Below are positions 1 to 13,600 of a stretch of 64,000 bases of DNA, in pieces. This DNA comes from Nemertoderma westbladi (Eukaryota > Animalia > Xenacoelomorpha). Positions within the stretch are counted from its first letter, which is position 1; every line of letters starts with the position of its first letter. The notes under the pieces are model-generated. The model saw nothing but the letters and a program-made list of their open reading frames with translations, ran no database searches and was not told where the DNA came from. The stretch is taken from NCBI GenBank assembly GCA_032718475.1, contig JAUCBJ010000593.1, positions 1-64,000 of the forward strand, in the 5' to 3' direction. The position numbers were made by a program, and so were the translations under genes.

Positions 1-1324
1 AGACTAACTGTTTAGAGTATTTTTATATTTTAGAAACTGTGATTTTGTATATTTTATAGACTTAAATCCCATTTTCTGGGAGCGGTGTAAAAGCTTCTGT
101 GGGATATAACTGGCCCCTTTTTCTTCGCAATCCAGTTTCCCCCCAGGCGCTGGAATACTCTAAAAGGGTTCTCTAACTGTATATATATTCCCCTCGCCCG
201 CAAGGTACCGTTACAGGTGTTTTAACGGACATAAAAATCATTCTGCTATATACGTGTTTTGGCGGACATGGTAAGGCAAAAAGCCTGTAATGCACCAACT
301 ACCTTTCACAGCTTAGCCGTGATGATTCATATTACGACATCTAACAGCTGGTTGCTGACATGGAAACATCCATTGGACGCATAGTTCTTTGTTTGGCTTG
401 AGCCAATCAGAGCGATTTTTTCTGTCGACGTGTAGCTTTTCAGCCGATCATAAGGAGAGTGTTCAGTCTTACTGTTTTTTACTTGATACTTTGTTGTTAT
501 TGCTGTCTAAAGCCAGAAACACCGGCCTTTTGGGAAGAACTCTAGAAAACTGCTTAAATTATCGAAAGTATAAACTGTTACCTAACTAATCTCACTAATT
601 AACATACTCACTTAATTTAATTGCATTAATCATATTGTTTGTACTGTTATTTACCGTCAGTTATTAATTGTACCTATTTGTTGATGGAAATATTGCTCTT
701 TGGATAATACGGATAAATCACCCAAATTCCCAATTTTCTTGATACACTACAGGTTAGAGAGACCGGCTATACATAACAATTGCGATTTATATTAATGTGG
801 TGTGTATTGAATCCAATGTTATTTAGCAGACCCTACGTGAGTCAATTGCTGCTCTCTTTATGTGTGATCAAATATACTGACGGTCGGCATAATAGTGTGC
901 ATGATTGTGATTGGTAACAAAGTATTTCCTAAAGAATACGCTTTATACTTTAATCATAAGCAGTATCGTTGCGTTTTAGTATAAGTCTTAGTTCTGTTTA
1001 AATAGATAAAGCGCCACGTCCTAAAGGAACTGTTAATATTTCCCGAAAGCCAATAATACCTGTCAGAGATTAATTATTAACGATCTATCGAATAATACAG
1101 TAGGTATACACTGCAACCTTACACTGCAATAATAAAATTTAAGCATCCGAATTCAGTCTCCCGGGTGTAGATCCATCGGGTGAATGATCGCGCATGGGCT
1201 GACTTCGGCTAGTGTTTTGCGTATTAGCATAAAATATTGTCATATGCTAAAGTGGTTTTAATTAACTAAAAGACATATAAATTTTGGCAGGTTAAACTGC
1301 TAAAGGTCTTCAAAAGCGCGAACA
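1..1324 (+). mobile_element. 3' end of a second BEL/Pao-like LTR element: internal tail and PPT at 1..85, 3' LTR at 86..1324
   Basis: 1..85 nearly matches 30383..30467, including the PPT TGGGAGCGG. The LTR starts TGTAAA at 86 and ends GCGCGAACA at 1324. It shares long blocks with the LTRs at 16573 and 30468, e.g. AGCGCCACGTCCTAAAGGAACTGTTAATATTTCCCGAAAG and TTGGCAGGTTAAACTGCTAAAGGTCT. Confidence 0.9.
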
Positions 1325-2333
1325 AGACCCCTTGTTGCTATGTAAAATCCATGTTGCTAAGGTAAGAAACAGGAAATTGAAAGTGATTCGCATAATATAT
1401 TTTTATAGACTTTTTTGGGGGCATTAACAAGGTAATGTGAAATAAAACATCATTGGCTTGGATGAATTGCGAATTTGATATGGGTTGACCCCTTTTTCTG
1501 GCTCGATTGACTCGCCTAATATAAATGTATACAGTAGTAATCAAATAATTGATAATTAATCTCTACATTTTCTAATTAATGATGAGGAATGACTAATAAT
1601 TGCACCTCACCACGTGACATTTACTCATCCATGCGTGATTCATTGGACGCATGAAACTTTCCGTCCGTGTCTAGGTGTGAGTGTGTCAATTATTGAACTT
1701 TTTTCAGGCCCAAAAGTCACACTGTAGGCCTATATATGACGCACTTCACGTGATGTGGTCGAATCAACAATGAACGTTCTTAAGGCCATTACTCATCTAC
1801 CGTCAACGTATTCAGTCATTGGATGGCCTGGTTGGTGGCGTACATGACTTTTTAATTGGGTTGTGGATTAGAAGATCTGCCGGTGGCCTCATAATCCGAT
1901 ATAAATGGTATATAAATCACCTGGAATGAAAGCTTTTCTGAAGGTCGGTTTATTCCGACCCGTAATAGAGTCTGTTGTGCTATGGTAACCCCTGTTCGGC
2001 TCTTCCCGCAGATGACACAGGTCTCTTGACTGTATACATACACTACGATCCTGCGCAATGTTCATGGCATAAAATACGATGCTCACTAAACATATGAAGC
2101 ATTGTACAATCTCGGTAGAATTGTCAGAGCCCAGCACCACCTTGCAGGCACTACGCATTCCAGTTACCTGCCACTGCCATCGTATAGCTGATTGCATGAT
2201 CTGGCGATAGGAAAGTGGTGGTTAGCCATGGAGATGAATTAGTAAGTGGGCTGTTGGAGTGATGTGTTGTCTGTCGGCGATCCATCCTACTGTAGTAGGT
2301 ACAGGTGTAATGTATCAATTTAATGAAGATAAA

Positions 2334-2480
2334 AGTAATTAATTCTTAAATACGAATCCCTACAGTGAGTAATTAATTCTTAAATACGAATCCCTACACC
2401 GAGTAATTAATTCTTAAATACGAATCCCTACAGTGAGTAATTAATTCTTAAATACGAATCCATCCCTACAGCGAGTAATT
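2334..2480. repeat. Minisatellite, ~34-bp unit AGTAATTAATTCTTAAATACGAATCCCTACAGTG, about 4 copies
   Basis: Direct tandem copies visible. Confidence 0.9.
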
Positions 2481-3062
2481 CCTTTGATTTTTCTACGGTT
2501 CATTTTGATTGCATCAAATATTGCGAATAATTTAAAAGCGACCAAAATGGTAACGACATACTGTAGGTTGGCGTTTAATAACCATCAACCGCAAATTAAT
2601 AATTAAATAACTAAATCAATTGCAATAAGTGAACAATATTAACTGTATCTACTGTATCTACTGTAGGCCTATATATTATGTTATATTGACTTCCTATGAC
2701 GAAATGCCAAAGGTCACACCAACTCGATTAAAATGATTCTACTATGAATTTTAATAGAGTTTATATAGACAGTTTTTATCTGTTTGCGTAGTTAATACTA
2801 TTATTGGTTAATTAATGGGAATTAACACTAGGCAAATAAACCTATTTGTATTATACAGTTATACAATATGATACAATTCGACCAGGCCGGGGTGGACAAG
2901 CCAGGCTCAGCACATCGTTATCACATTGTCACATTGTCGACCGACATTTCTATTCTGTTACAAAGATGGAGGGACCACAGAACTTGATATAATGAACGAC
3001 GACCTCCCTGATGCAGATGACCCGTGGATCTTTTCGTGGAATCTCGTTAATCTCGATTGCAT

Positions 3063-3240
3063 GCAAAGCTATAGAACAGAATTCTATTAAATCGCATCAG
3101 GGATCCTGATGGGTTCCGTAAAGGTCGTGGGACCATGGAGCCTATTCTGGCACTTACAATGATAATCGAAGAGTTATCAATAAAGAAAGACTGACAACTG
3201 GCTATTATCTTTGTTGATTTCTTTAAAGCTTTCGACTCAA
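3063..3240 (+). pseudogene. Non-LTR retrotransposon (RTE-like) reverse transcriptase fragment
   Basis: Translates to AKL*NRILLNRI..DGFRKGRGTMEPILALTMIIEE..*QLAIIFVDFFKAFDS, matching LINE RT motifs GFR.GR and FVDF.KAFDS, with internal stops. Confidence 0.8.
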
Positions 3241-3902
3241 GCCAATGCTGTTTGCTAGTACGTGCGAGTACGAGTACACTAGGTGCAAACAGCAAGCTCT
3301 ATAATTTGGTGACTTTGCCGTACTAGCGGTACAGTACTGGTCAGCACTGTAGGCCTAGCAGTTTGACTGATCTGTCTGAGTCCAACGTATTTGCTCAGGC
3401 AATTCTCTATTTTCACAATCAGAGTCTGGTATCAGTGCCAATCACAGACGTAGTTACTAACACCATAATTGCCCGATCGAGTTGTGAATAAAGGAGGAGA
3501 GAGCCCTTTTGACGTCAGTTTGTAAGTATTGCAGCGCGCGACTAGCTTATTCAAGTAGCTAGCGCCCGTTATTATTATTTTGTTAAAAGTCACCAAAACC
3601 TAGTACAACAGCGGTACACCAAAATTTGTTTTATCATAACACACACACACACACACGCGCGCCTTAAGATTGTTTTACTGAAGTATTGCTCCACCCCTTT
3701 TGACTGATTTTTCTGTCAGCAGTATTGCTTTACGCTAGTGTTCGGTTGACCCACTAGCTCGTATTATACCCATATAAATCACACAGTGGCAAGTTTACAG
3801 TATTTAGGTCCATTAGCGGTAGTTAGGATTCGCTACGCGGCAGGATTGATTTCCCATGAGTTTGGTCTGTATCTGTAGACTGTACATCTGCCTCACTGGT
3901 TA

Positions 3903-4883
3903 GGGGCCGTCCAAGTATGACGTCTGCACTTTTCCCCAAAATGTTGACCCCCTCCCTCCCCTAAATCAGATATCATCAGATAGGCGTTGACCCCCCCCCC
4001 CCCCCCTAATCAGATTAAAAAAAAATTTTGTAATAAACTATTATCAGCAGGATAAAGGTATTACAGTATATTGCATTGGACAGTTGGAGGGGGGTGCACG
4101 GGGGCTGGCTGTTACATAGCTTATCTACATAGGAAGGTATAGAGTTGTAGTAGGATAGCCTATCGGGCCCATGTGAAGAATACCAGACTTTCTGCCGATA
4201 TGTTTCACTTTGCAGTTACCCCCATGTGAAGAATACCTGGTTTTCACCAAAAACACAGGTTACTGAAGGGCTGAATCTAACCAAAACAATAAACGAATTA
4301 GTATATGTACAGGTTATAAGACAGAAATAAGCGCTACAAAACACTTAATAAAGATAAATTAAAAAAAATAAAAATTCCCCATATAAAAAATTCCAATAAA
4401 TAGTCGACCGAAAAGTGAAATCCTGGTATTCTTCACATGGGTGATGCCTAAAGTTTACATACTTGTACCTGATGCGACAGCAGTTTATGAATGATAATAA
4501 ACAAACATATAAGCTAATAATAAGCTTATATGAACCGGTAGAGGTAACGGTACTGCAGTCTCTAACAATCATTAGCTTAGGATTAATGTTTCATTTTCAG
4601 GCGAACCCCTGTACCGCAGTACCCCAGTAGCACGCGTCCTAATCACTGAAACATGGTGACTGGTAACTGAAACAGAAGGTCGTGCTACGGGCCTTCGGGG
4701 GCTTCGAACAATTAAAATAGGCAAGCTATTTACTCTTCTGCTATATCTCTTCTAGCACCTATAAATGAACATGCTGACGTCAGATTTTGGCTGACCCCCT
4801 CCCCTCCCCTCATCAGCACGTCATCAGATTTTCCCAACCCCCCTCCCCCCCCTAAAGTGCTGACGTCATACTTGGACGGCCCC
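3903..4883. mobile_element. PIF/Harbinger-type (Tourist-like) MITE, 981 bp
   Basis: About 30-bp TIR GGGGCCGTCCAAGTATGACGTC(T/A)GCACTTT at 3903, inverted copy ending at 4883. TTA on both sides (3900-3902 and 4884-4886). C-run/ATCAG subterminal repeats; no ORF. Confidence 0.88.
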
Positions 4884-5247
4884 TTAGAGGGCGGTCACCC
4901 TGATTGTCTAGTTAGCCCGGGCAATTGATTCGACCAAGTTTAGGAGAGACATCAGGCTCCGTTCTCGCCAGTAGTAGTTTGTGTACTTTGGTATCTATTT
5001 TTTAGACACGTCCTGGGCTGGGATTTCTTGGTAGATACTGTACAAACCCGTTATATGCTGCTGGATCCTACAGTAGGAGATATTCGTTACTAGGATTCAG
5101 TAAGCGGTATACTACTGGACTTTACAGGAGTTGTGGTGGGACTATTTTGTTGACAAGCCGGCACAACATTTTTTATATATATATGTAATATGTATATAAT
5201 GCAGTTGCAATGCAGCATGCCGATCGTAGTAGTAGTAGATGCAGAGG

Positions 5248-8200
5248 AAGCAAACACAACAAACAATGACCTCCCCCGAGAGAGAGGTAGTGAACACAAC
5301 GAACGGCGACCTCCACAGAGAGAGAGGTAGTGAACACAACGAACAACGACCTCCCCCAAGAGAGAGGGAGTGAACACAACAAAAGGCTCCCTCGCCAGAG
5401 AGAGAGAGGGATTGAACACAACGAACAACGACCTCCCCTGAGAGAGAGGTAGTGAACACAACGAACAACGACCTTCCCTGAGAGAGAGGTAGTGAACACA
5501 ACAAACGACGACCTCCCCTGAGAGAGAGGGAGTGAACACAACGAACAACGACCTCCCCTGAGAGAGAGGTAGTGAACACAACGAACAACGACCTCCCCTG
5601 AGAGAGAGGTAGTGAACACAACGAACAACGACCTTCCCTGAGAGAGAGGTAGTGAACACAACGAACAACGACCTCCCCTGGGAGAGAGGGAGTAAACACA
5701 ACGAACAACGACCTCCCCTGAGAGAGAGGTAGTGAACACAACGAACAACGACCTCCCCTGAGAGAGAGGTAGTGAACACAACAAACAACGACCTCTCTGG
5801 GAGAGAGGGAGTAAACACAACGAACAACGACCTCCCCCGAGAGAGAGGTAGTAAACACAATGAACGACGACATCCCCTGAGAGAGAGGTAGTGAACACAA
5901 CGAACGACGACCTCCCTGGAGAGAGGGAGTAAACACAACAAACGACGACCTCCCTGGGAGAGAGGTAGTAAACACAACGAACAACGACCTCCCCCGAGAG
6001 AGAGGTAGTGAACACAACAAACGACGACCTCCCTGGGAGAGAGGTAGTAAACACAACGAACAACGACCTCCCCCGAGAGAGAGGGAGTGAACACAACGAA
6101 CAACGACCTCCCTGGGAGAGAGGTAGTAAACACAACGAACAACGACCTCCCCCGAGAGAGAGGTAGTGAACACAACGAACGACGACCTCCCTGGGAGAGA
6201 GGGAGTAAACACAACGAACGACGACCTCCCCCGAGAGAGAGGGAGTGAACACAACGAACAACGACCTCCCTGGGAGAGAGGTAGTAAACACAACGAACGA
6301 CGACCTCCCTGGGAGAGAGGTAGTGAACACAACGAACAACGACCTCTCTGGGAGAGAGGGAGTAAACACAACGAACGACGACCTCCCCCGAGAGAGAGGG
6401 AGTGAACACAACGAACAACGACCTCCCTGGGAGAGAGGTAGTAAACACAACGAACGACGACCTCCCCCGAGAGAGAGGGAGTGAACACAACGAACAACGA
6501 CCTCCCTGGGAGAGAGGTAGTAAACACAACGAACGACGACCTCCCTGGGAGAGAGGGAGTGAACACAACGAACAACGACCTCCCTGGGAGAGAGGTAGTA
6601 AACACAACGAACGACGACCTCCCTGGGAGAGAGGTCGTGAACACAACGAACAACGACCTCCCTGGGAGAGAGGGAGTAAACACAACGAACAACGACCTCC
6701 CTGGAGAGAGAGGTAGTAAACACAACGAACAACGACCTCCCTGGGAGAGAGGGAGTAAACACAACGAACAACGACCTCCCTGGGAGAGAGGGAGTAAACA
6801 CAACGAACAACGACCTCCCTGGAGAGAGGGAGCAAACACAACGAACGACGACCTCCCCTGGGAGAGAGGTAGTGAACACAACGAACAACGACCTCCCCTG
6901 GGAGAGAGGTAGTGAACACAACGAACGACGACCTCCCTGGGAGAGAGGTAGTAAACACAACGAACAACGACCTCCCTGGGAGAGAGGTAGTGAACACAAC
7001 GAACGACGACCTCCCTGGGAGAGAGGGAGTAAACACAACGAACGATGACCTCCCCTGAGAGAGAGGTAGTGAACACAACGAACAACGACCTCCCTGGGAG
7101 AGAGGGAGTAAACACAACGAACAACGACCTCCCTGGGAGAGAGGGAGTAAACACAACGAACAACGACCTCCCCCGAGAGAGAGGTAGTGAACACAACGAA
7201 CAACGACCTCCCTGGGAGAGAGGGAGTAAACACAACGAACAACGACCTCCCTGGGAGAGAGGGAGTAAACACAACGAACAACGACCTCCCTGGGAGAGAG
7301 GGAGTAAACACAACAAACAACGACCTCTCTGGGAGAGAGGGAGTAAACACAACGAACAACGACCTCTCTGGGAGAGAGGGAGTAAACACAACGAACAACG
7401 ACCTCCCTGGGAGAGAGGGAGTAAACACAACGAACGACGACCTCCCTGGGAGAGAGGGAGTAAACACAACGAACAACAACCTCCCCCGAGAGAGAGGGAG
7501 TAAACACAACGAACAACGACCTCCCCCGAGAGAGAGGGAGTGAACACAACGAACAACGACCTCCCTGGGAGAGAGGGAGTAAACACAACGAACGACGACC
7601 TCCCTGGGAGAGAGGGAGTAAACACAACGAACAACAACCTCCCCCGAGAGAGAGGGAGTGAACACAACGAACAACGACCTCCCTGGGAGAGAGGGAGTAA
7701 ACACAACGAACAACAACCTCCCCCGAGAGAGAGGGAGTGAACACAACGAACGACGACCTCCCTGGAGAGAGGGAGTAAACACAACGAACGACGACCTCCC
7801 TGGGAGAGAGGGAGTAAACACAACGAACGACGACCTCCCTGGGAGAGAGGGAGTAAACACAACGAACAACAACCTCCCCCGAGAGAGAGGGAGTAAACAC
7901 AACGAACAACGACCTCCCCCGAGAGAGAGGGAGTGAACACAACGAACAACGACCTCCCTGGGAGAGAGGGAGTAAACACAACGAACGACGACCTCCCTGG
8001 GAGAGAGGGAGTAAACACAACGAACAACAACCTCCCTGGGAGAGAGGGAGTAAACACAACGAACAACGACCTCCCTGGAGAGAGGGAGTAAACACAACGA
8101 ACAACGACCTCCCTGGAGAGAGGGAGTAAACACAACGAACGACGACCTCCCTGGGAGAGAGGGAGTAAACACAACGAACAACAACCTCCCCCGAGAGAGA

Positions 8201-8650
8201 GGGAGTAAACACAACGAACAACGACCTCCCCCGAGAGAGAGGGAGTGAACACAACGAACGACGACCTCCCTGGGAGAGAGGGAGTAAACACAACGAACAA
8301 CGACCTCCCCCGAGAGAGAGGGAGTAAACACAACGAACAACGACCTCCCTGGGAGAGAGGGAGTAAACACAACGAACGACGACCTCCCTGGAGAGAGGGA
8401 GTAAACACAACGAACAACGACCTCCCTGGAGAGAGGGAGTAAACACAACGAACGACGACCTCCCTGGGAGAGAGGTAGTAAACACAACGAACGACGACCT
8501 CCCTGGGAGAGAGGGAGTAAACACAACGAACGACGACCTCCCTGGGAGAGAGGGAGTAAACACAACGAACAACAACCTCCCCCGAGAGAGAGGGAGTAAA
8601 CACAACGAACAACGACCTCCCTGGAGAGAGGGAGTAAACATAACGAACAA
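5248..8650. repeat. Satellite array, 39-41-bp unit (A/G)AACACAACGAAC(A/G)ACGACCTCCCTGGGAGAGAGG(G/T)AGT
   Basis: About 85 tandem copies. The long minus-strand ORFs in all three frames are just translations of the repeat. Confidence 0.97.
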
Positions 8651-8999
8651 CAACAACACAACACAACAAAGGTGAATGAAGAAGAGAAAGGAAATCTAGA
8701 TGTTCACAAACCTCTCTACCCCAACCACACAACGATGAGTCATAACTTATTGGACTTACTGTACGTACACTAGTATACAAACGTTTAAATAAGTATTGGA
8801 TGTGTTGTAAGTGATGTATGTAGAGTAGGAATCCAGAAACCAGCATATTATTTAGCTGTAAGGTACGTGTAACTGGTTCCACTAAATCAATAAATCCCAG
8901 AGCAAGAATATTACAATATATTGCACTGTAACAATACATTAACGTTATAATCTTACTTCATTATGGGAGTGGTAGAGTTATTAAACTAAGTGAAGTTAA

Positions 9000-9072
9000 T
9001 TTTCTTCGGCCGTTAGGCCAGGGATTACGCACAAAGTCTGACGACTTATTTCCAGTGCGGTCCCCCCAGAAC
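9000..9072 (+). repeat. Dispersed ~73-bp repeat, copy 1 (copy 2 at 59723..59799)
   Basis: TTTTCTT(C/T)GGCCGTTAGGCCAG..ATTACGCACAAAGTCTGACGACTTATTTCCA(G/T)TGCGGTCCCCCAGAAC is shared by both sites. Confidence 0.85.
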
Positions 9073-9422
9073 GCCCCGGGGCGGGGCGAGGTCAGCAACA
9101 ATCCAGTTACTCAAAGAGATCCGGAAAAGGATCCGGGACGTGAGGCTAGAGCGACGCCACGGTACTACCAGTTCCTGGTGCAGCGAATTCTCGTCGCAAT
9201 TATGCATCAGTAATGGGGAGGATAGACGGCATGGCTGGAGATGGGGGATCTATTACCACTTAAATGCCCGCCTCAACGCCGGGCTTGTAAAATTGCCTGT
9301 GATTTTGAAAATTCTGTTAAATTTATTTCTTTTTATTCAAAATAAGATTGGAATTTAGTTAAAAATCATTAGCGTATAGTAATAAATATTAGTGATTTTA
9401 AGGTAAATTAATGTTAAGTCTG

Positions 9423-9606
9423 TTATTTAAGGTCTTTTAGCCGTCTGTCTGTCTGTCTAACTATCGGTTATTTAAGGCCTTTTAGCCGTCTGTCTGTCTG
9501 TCTAACTATCGGTTATTTAAGGCCTTTTAGCCGTCTGTCTGTCTGTCTGTCTAACTATCGGTTATTTAAGGTCTTTTGGCCGTCTGTCTGTCTGTCTGTC
9601 TAACTA
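9423..9606. repeat. Minisatellite, ~45-49-bp unit GTTATTTAAGG(C/T)CTTTTAGCC(GTCT)nAACTATCG, 4 copies
   Basis: Direct tandem copies. Confidence 0.9.
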
Positions 9607-10499
9607 TTCATTTTGAATTTGTGCTGAATTTAGTATCGATTTTCATATCGTAATTAAGTATTTTTAAAACCTATACAACTGAAACAATTTTATAAATCTA
9701 AATTTAAGTTATATTTAAATTATTTTGCAATTGATTACTGGATTGTTAACTGACATAAAAATTCGATATAATCAAAACATTTCCATTTTGCTGTTTAAGT
9801 TTATAAATTTAATTACTAAATATATAAAACAGTGATGTGTATGGTATTCTTTATAATTAAGCACTAATATATTAATTGTTAATTTAATTAAATAATTAAA
9901 GATTGAAGCACTTATTAAACCGTCGTGTGAGCGAGCAAACTTTATGTAACAGATATTTGGCTTTGATAATCAAAAAAGCTTCTTTATTATTATAAAGTTA
10001 TACTATTTATTATCCAAATGGATATTGACACACAAAGATTGTATAGTGTGTAGTTTATCCTGCGATTTCCTTGAAAAGTTCATCAACCAATGAGAAGCCG
10101 GGAAGGATGGAAGGTATGGGTATACAGTGACGGTGAAGGTTGCGGGAAACGTCGTCACATATACCAGGCGAGGAATCAACTTCCCTCACCAGGCCAGCAC
10201 GATTCCTCTTTGCCAACAATAGGGATCATTGGGGGTTGAACGAAAGTTCCAGTCCTTCTGTATATCCGTTATAAATTCAACCACATCACCGCCTGTAATG
10301 CATTATCCTAAATAATTTTTAAGTAACTATTTCGCAAATTTTGTGTTTATATTAGTATATTTTTTAATGTGTTGAATTAACATTAAATTTCCTTGCTGTA
10401 CTGTAGTAACCACCTGTGGTTGTTGTCAGGTTGTTCTAATTATTTAAAATAATTATTATTAAAATATATTATTTTCGCTGACTCTAAAGACCATGCCCA

Positions 10500-13400
10500 A
10501 CCTTGCTCTCTTATCTCCCTATTCTCACCAGACGTTCGTCTCGCTCTGCTATCTCCCCATTCTCACCAGAAATTCGTCTCGCTCTGCTATCTCCCAATTC
10601 TCACCAGAAATTCGTCTCGCTCTGCTATCTCCCCATTCTCACCAGAAATTCGTCTCGCTCTGCTATCTCCCTATTCCAATCAGACCTTTGTCTCGCTCTG
10701 CTATCTCCCCATTCCAATCAGATCTTCGTCTCGCTCTACTATCTCCCTATTCCAATCAGACCTTTGTCTCGCTCTGCTATCTCCCCATTCCATCGGACCT
10801 TCGTCTCGCTCTGCTATCTCCCCATTTCCATCAGACCTTCGTCTCGCTCTGCTATCTCCCCATTCTCACCAGACCTTCGTCTCGCTCTGCTATCTCCCCA
10901 TTCCATTCAGACCTTTGTCTCGCTCTGCTATCTCCCCATTTCCACCAGACCTTCGTCTCGCTCTGCTATCTCCCCATTCTCACCAGACCCTCGTCTCGCT
11001 CTGCTATCTCCCCATTCCATCGGACCTTCGTCTCGCTCTGCTATCTCCCCATTTCCATCAGACCTTCGTCTCGCTCTGCTATCTCCCCATTCTCACCAGA
11101 CCTTTGTCTCGCTCTGCTATCTCCCTATTCCAATCAGACCTTCGTCTCGCTCTGCTATCTCCCCATTTCCACCAGACCTTCGTCTCGCTCTGCTATCTCC
11201 CTATTCCAATCAGACCTTCGTCTCGCTCTGCTATCTCCCTATTCCCATCGAACCTTCGTCTCGCTCTGCTATCTCCCCATTCTCACCAGACCCTCGTCTC
11301 GCTCTGCTATCTCCCCATTCCCATCGAACCTTCGTCTCGCTCTGCTATCTCCCCAATTCCATCAGACCTTTGTCTCGCTCTGCTATCTCCCCATTCCAAT
11401 CAGATCTTCGTCTCGCTCTACTATCTCCCTATTCCAATCAGACCTTTGTCTCGCTCTGCTATCTCCCCATTCCATCGGACCTTCGTCTCGCTCTGCTATC
11501 TCCCCATTCCATCGGACCTTCGTCTCGCTCTGCTATCTCCCAATTCTCACCAGAACTTCGTCTCGCTCTGCTATCTCCCAATTCTCACCAGAACTTCGTC
11601 TCGCTCTGCTATCTCCCTATTCCAATCAGACCTTCGTCTCGCTCTGCTATCTCCCCATTCCAATCAGACCTTTGTCTCGCTCTGCTATCTCCCAATTCTC
11701 ACCAGAACTTCGTCTCGCTCTGCTATCTCCCTATTCCAATCAGACCTTCGTCTCGCTCTGCTATCTCCCCATTCCAATCAGACCTTCGTCTCGCTCTGCT
11801 ATCTCCCTATTCCAATCAGACCTTTGTCTCGCTCTGCTATCTCCCAATTCTCACCAGAACTTCGTCTCGCTCTGCTATCTCCCTATTCCAATCAGACCTT
11901 CGTCTCGCTCTGCTATCTCCCAATTCTCACCAGAACTTCGTCTCGCTCTGCTATCTCCCCATTTCCACCAGACCTTCGTCTCGCTCTGCTATCTCCCCAT
12001 TCCAATCAGATCTTCGTCTCGCTCTGCTATCTCCCTATTCCAATCAGACCTTCGTCTCGCTCTGCTATCTCCCCATTCCATCGGACCTTCGTCTCGCTCT
12101 GCTATCTCCCTATTCCACCAGACCTTCGTCTCGCTCTGCTATCTCCCCATTCCCATCAGACCTTCGTCTCGCTCTGCTATCTCCCCATTCCAATCAGACC
12201 TTCGTCTCGCTCTGCTATCTCCCCATTCCAATCAGACCTTCGTCTCGCTCTGCTATCTCCCCATTCCATCAGACCTTCGTCTCGCTCTGCTATCTCCCCA
12301 TTCCACCAGACCTTCGTCTCGCTCTGCTATCTCCCCATTTCCACCGGACCTTCGTCTCGCTCTGCTATCTCCCCATTCCAATCGGACCTTCGTCTCGCTC
12401 TGCTATCTCCCCATTCCATTCAGACCTTTGTCTCGCTCTGCTATCTCCCCATTCCATCGGACCTTCGTCTCGCTCTGCTATCTCCCCAATTCTCACCAGA
12501 CCTTCGTCTCGCTCTGCTATCTCCCTATTCCAATCAGACCTTCGTCTCGCTCTGCTATCTCCCCATTCCAATCGGACCTTCGTCTCGCTCTGCTATCTCC
12601 CCATTCCAATCGGACCTTCGTCTCGCTCTGCTATCTCCCCAATTCCCATCAGACCTTCGTCTCGCTCTGCTATCTCCCCATTCCAATCAGATCTTCGTCT
12701 CGCTCTACTATCTCCCTATTCCAATCAGACCTTTGTCTCGCTCTGCTATCCCCCCATTCCATCGGACCTTCGTCTCGCTCTGCTATCTCCCCATTCTCAC
12801 CAGACCTTCGTCTCGCTCTGCTATCTCCCCATTCCATTCAGACCTTTGTCTCGCTCTGCTATCTCCCCATTTCCATCAGACCTTCGTCTCGCTCTGCTAT
12901 CTCCCTATTCCAATCAGACCTTTCTCTCGCTCTGCTATCTCCCTATTCCAATCAGACCTTTGTCTCGCTCTGCTATCTCCCCATTTCCACCAGACCTTCG
13001 TCTCGCTCTGCTATCTCCCTATTCCAATCAGACCTTCGTCTCGCTCTGCTATCTCCCCATTCCATCGGACCTTCGTCTCGCTCTGCTATCTCCCCAATTC
13101 CATCAGACCTTTGTCTCGCTCTGCTATCTCCCTATTCCAATCAGACCTTCGTCTCGCTCTGCTATCTCCCCATTCCCATCAGACCTTCGTCTCGCTCTGC
13201 TATCTCCCCATTCCCATCGGACCTTCGTCTCGCTCTGCTATCTCCCCATTCCATCGGACCTTCGTCTCGCTCTGCTATCTCCCCATTCCATCAGACCTTC
13301 GTCTCGCTCTGCTATCTCCCCATTCCATCGGACCTTCGTCTCGCTCTGCTATCTCCCTATTCCAATCAGACCTTTGTCTCGCTCTGCTATCTCCCCATTC

Positions 13401-13600
13401 CAATCAGATCTTCGTCTCGCTCTACTATCTCCCTATTCCAATCAGACCTTTGTCTCGCTCTGCTATCTCCCCATTCTCACCAGACCTTCGCCTCGCTCTG
13501 CTATCTCCCCATTCCAATCAGACCTTTGTCTCGCTCTGCTATCTCCCTATTCCAATCAGACCTTTGTCTCGCTCTGCTATCTCCCCATTCCATCGGACCT
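10500..13600. repeat. Satellite array, 37-39-bp unit GACCTTCGTCTCGCTCTGCTATCTCCC plus a variable ATTC..A(G/C) tail
   Basis: About 80 tandem copies. The stop-free ORFs in all three + frames are repeat artefacts. Confidence 0.97.

Noticed and set aside
5090-8939. Three >1,100-aa minus-strand ORFs
   Set aside because: All three frames are open and cycle through the same peptides because the 39-41-bp monomer has no stop on that strand; unit lengths are not constrained to multiples of 3.
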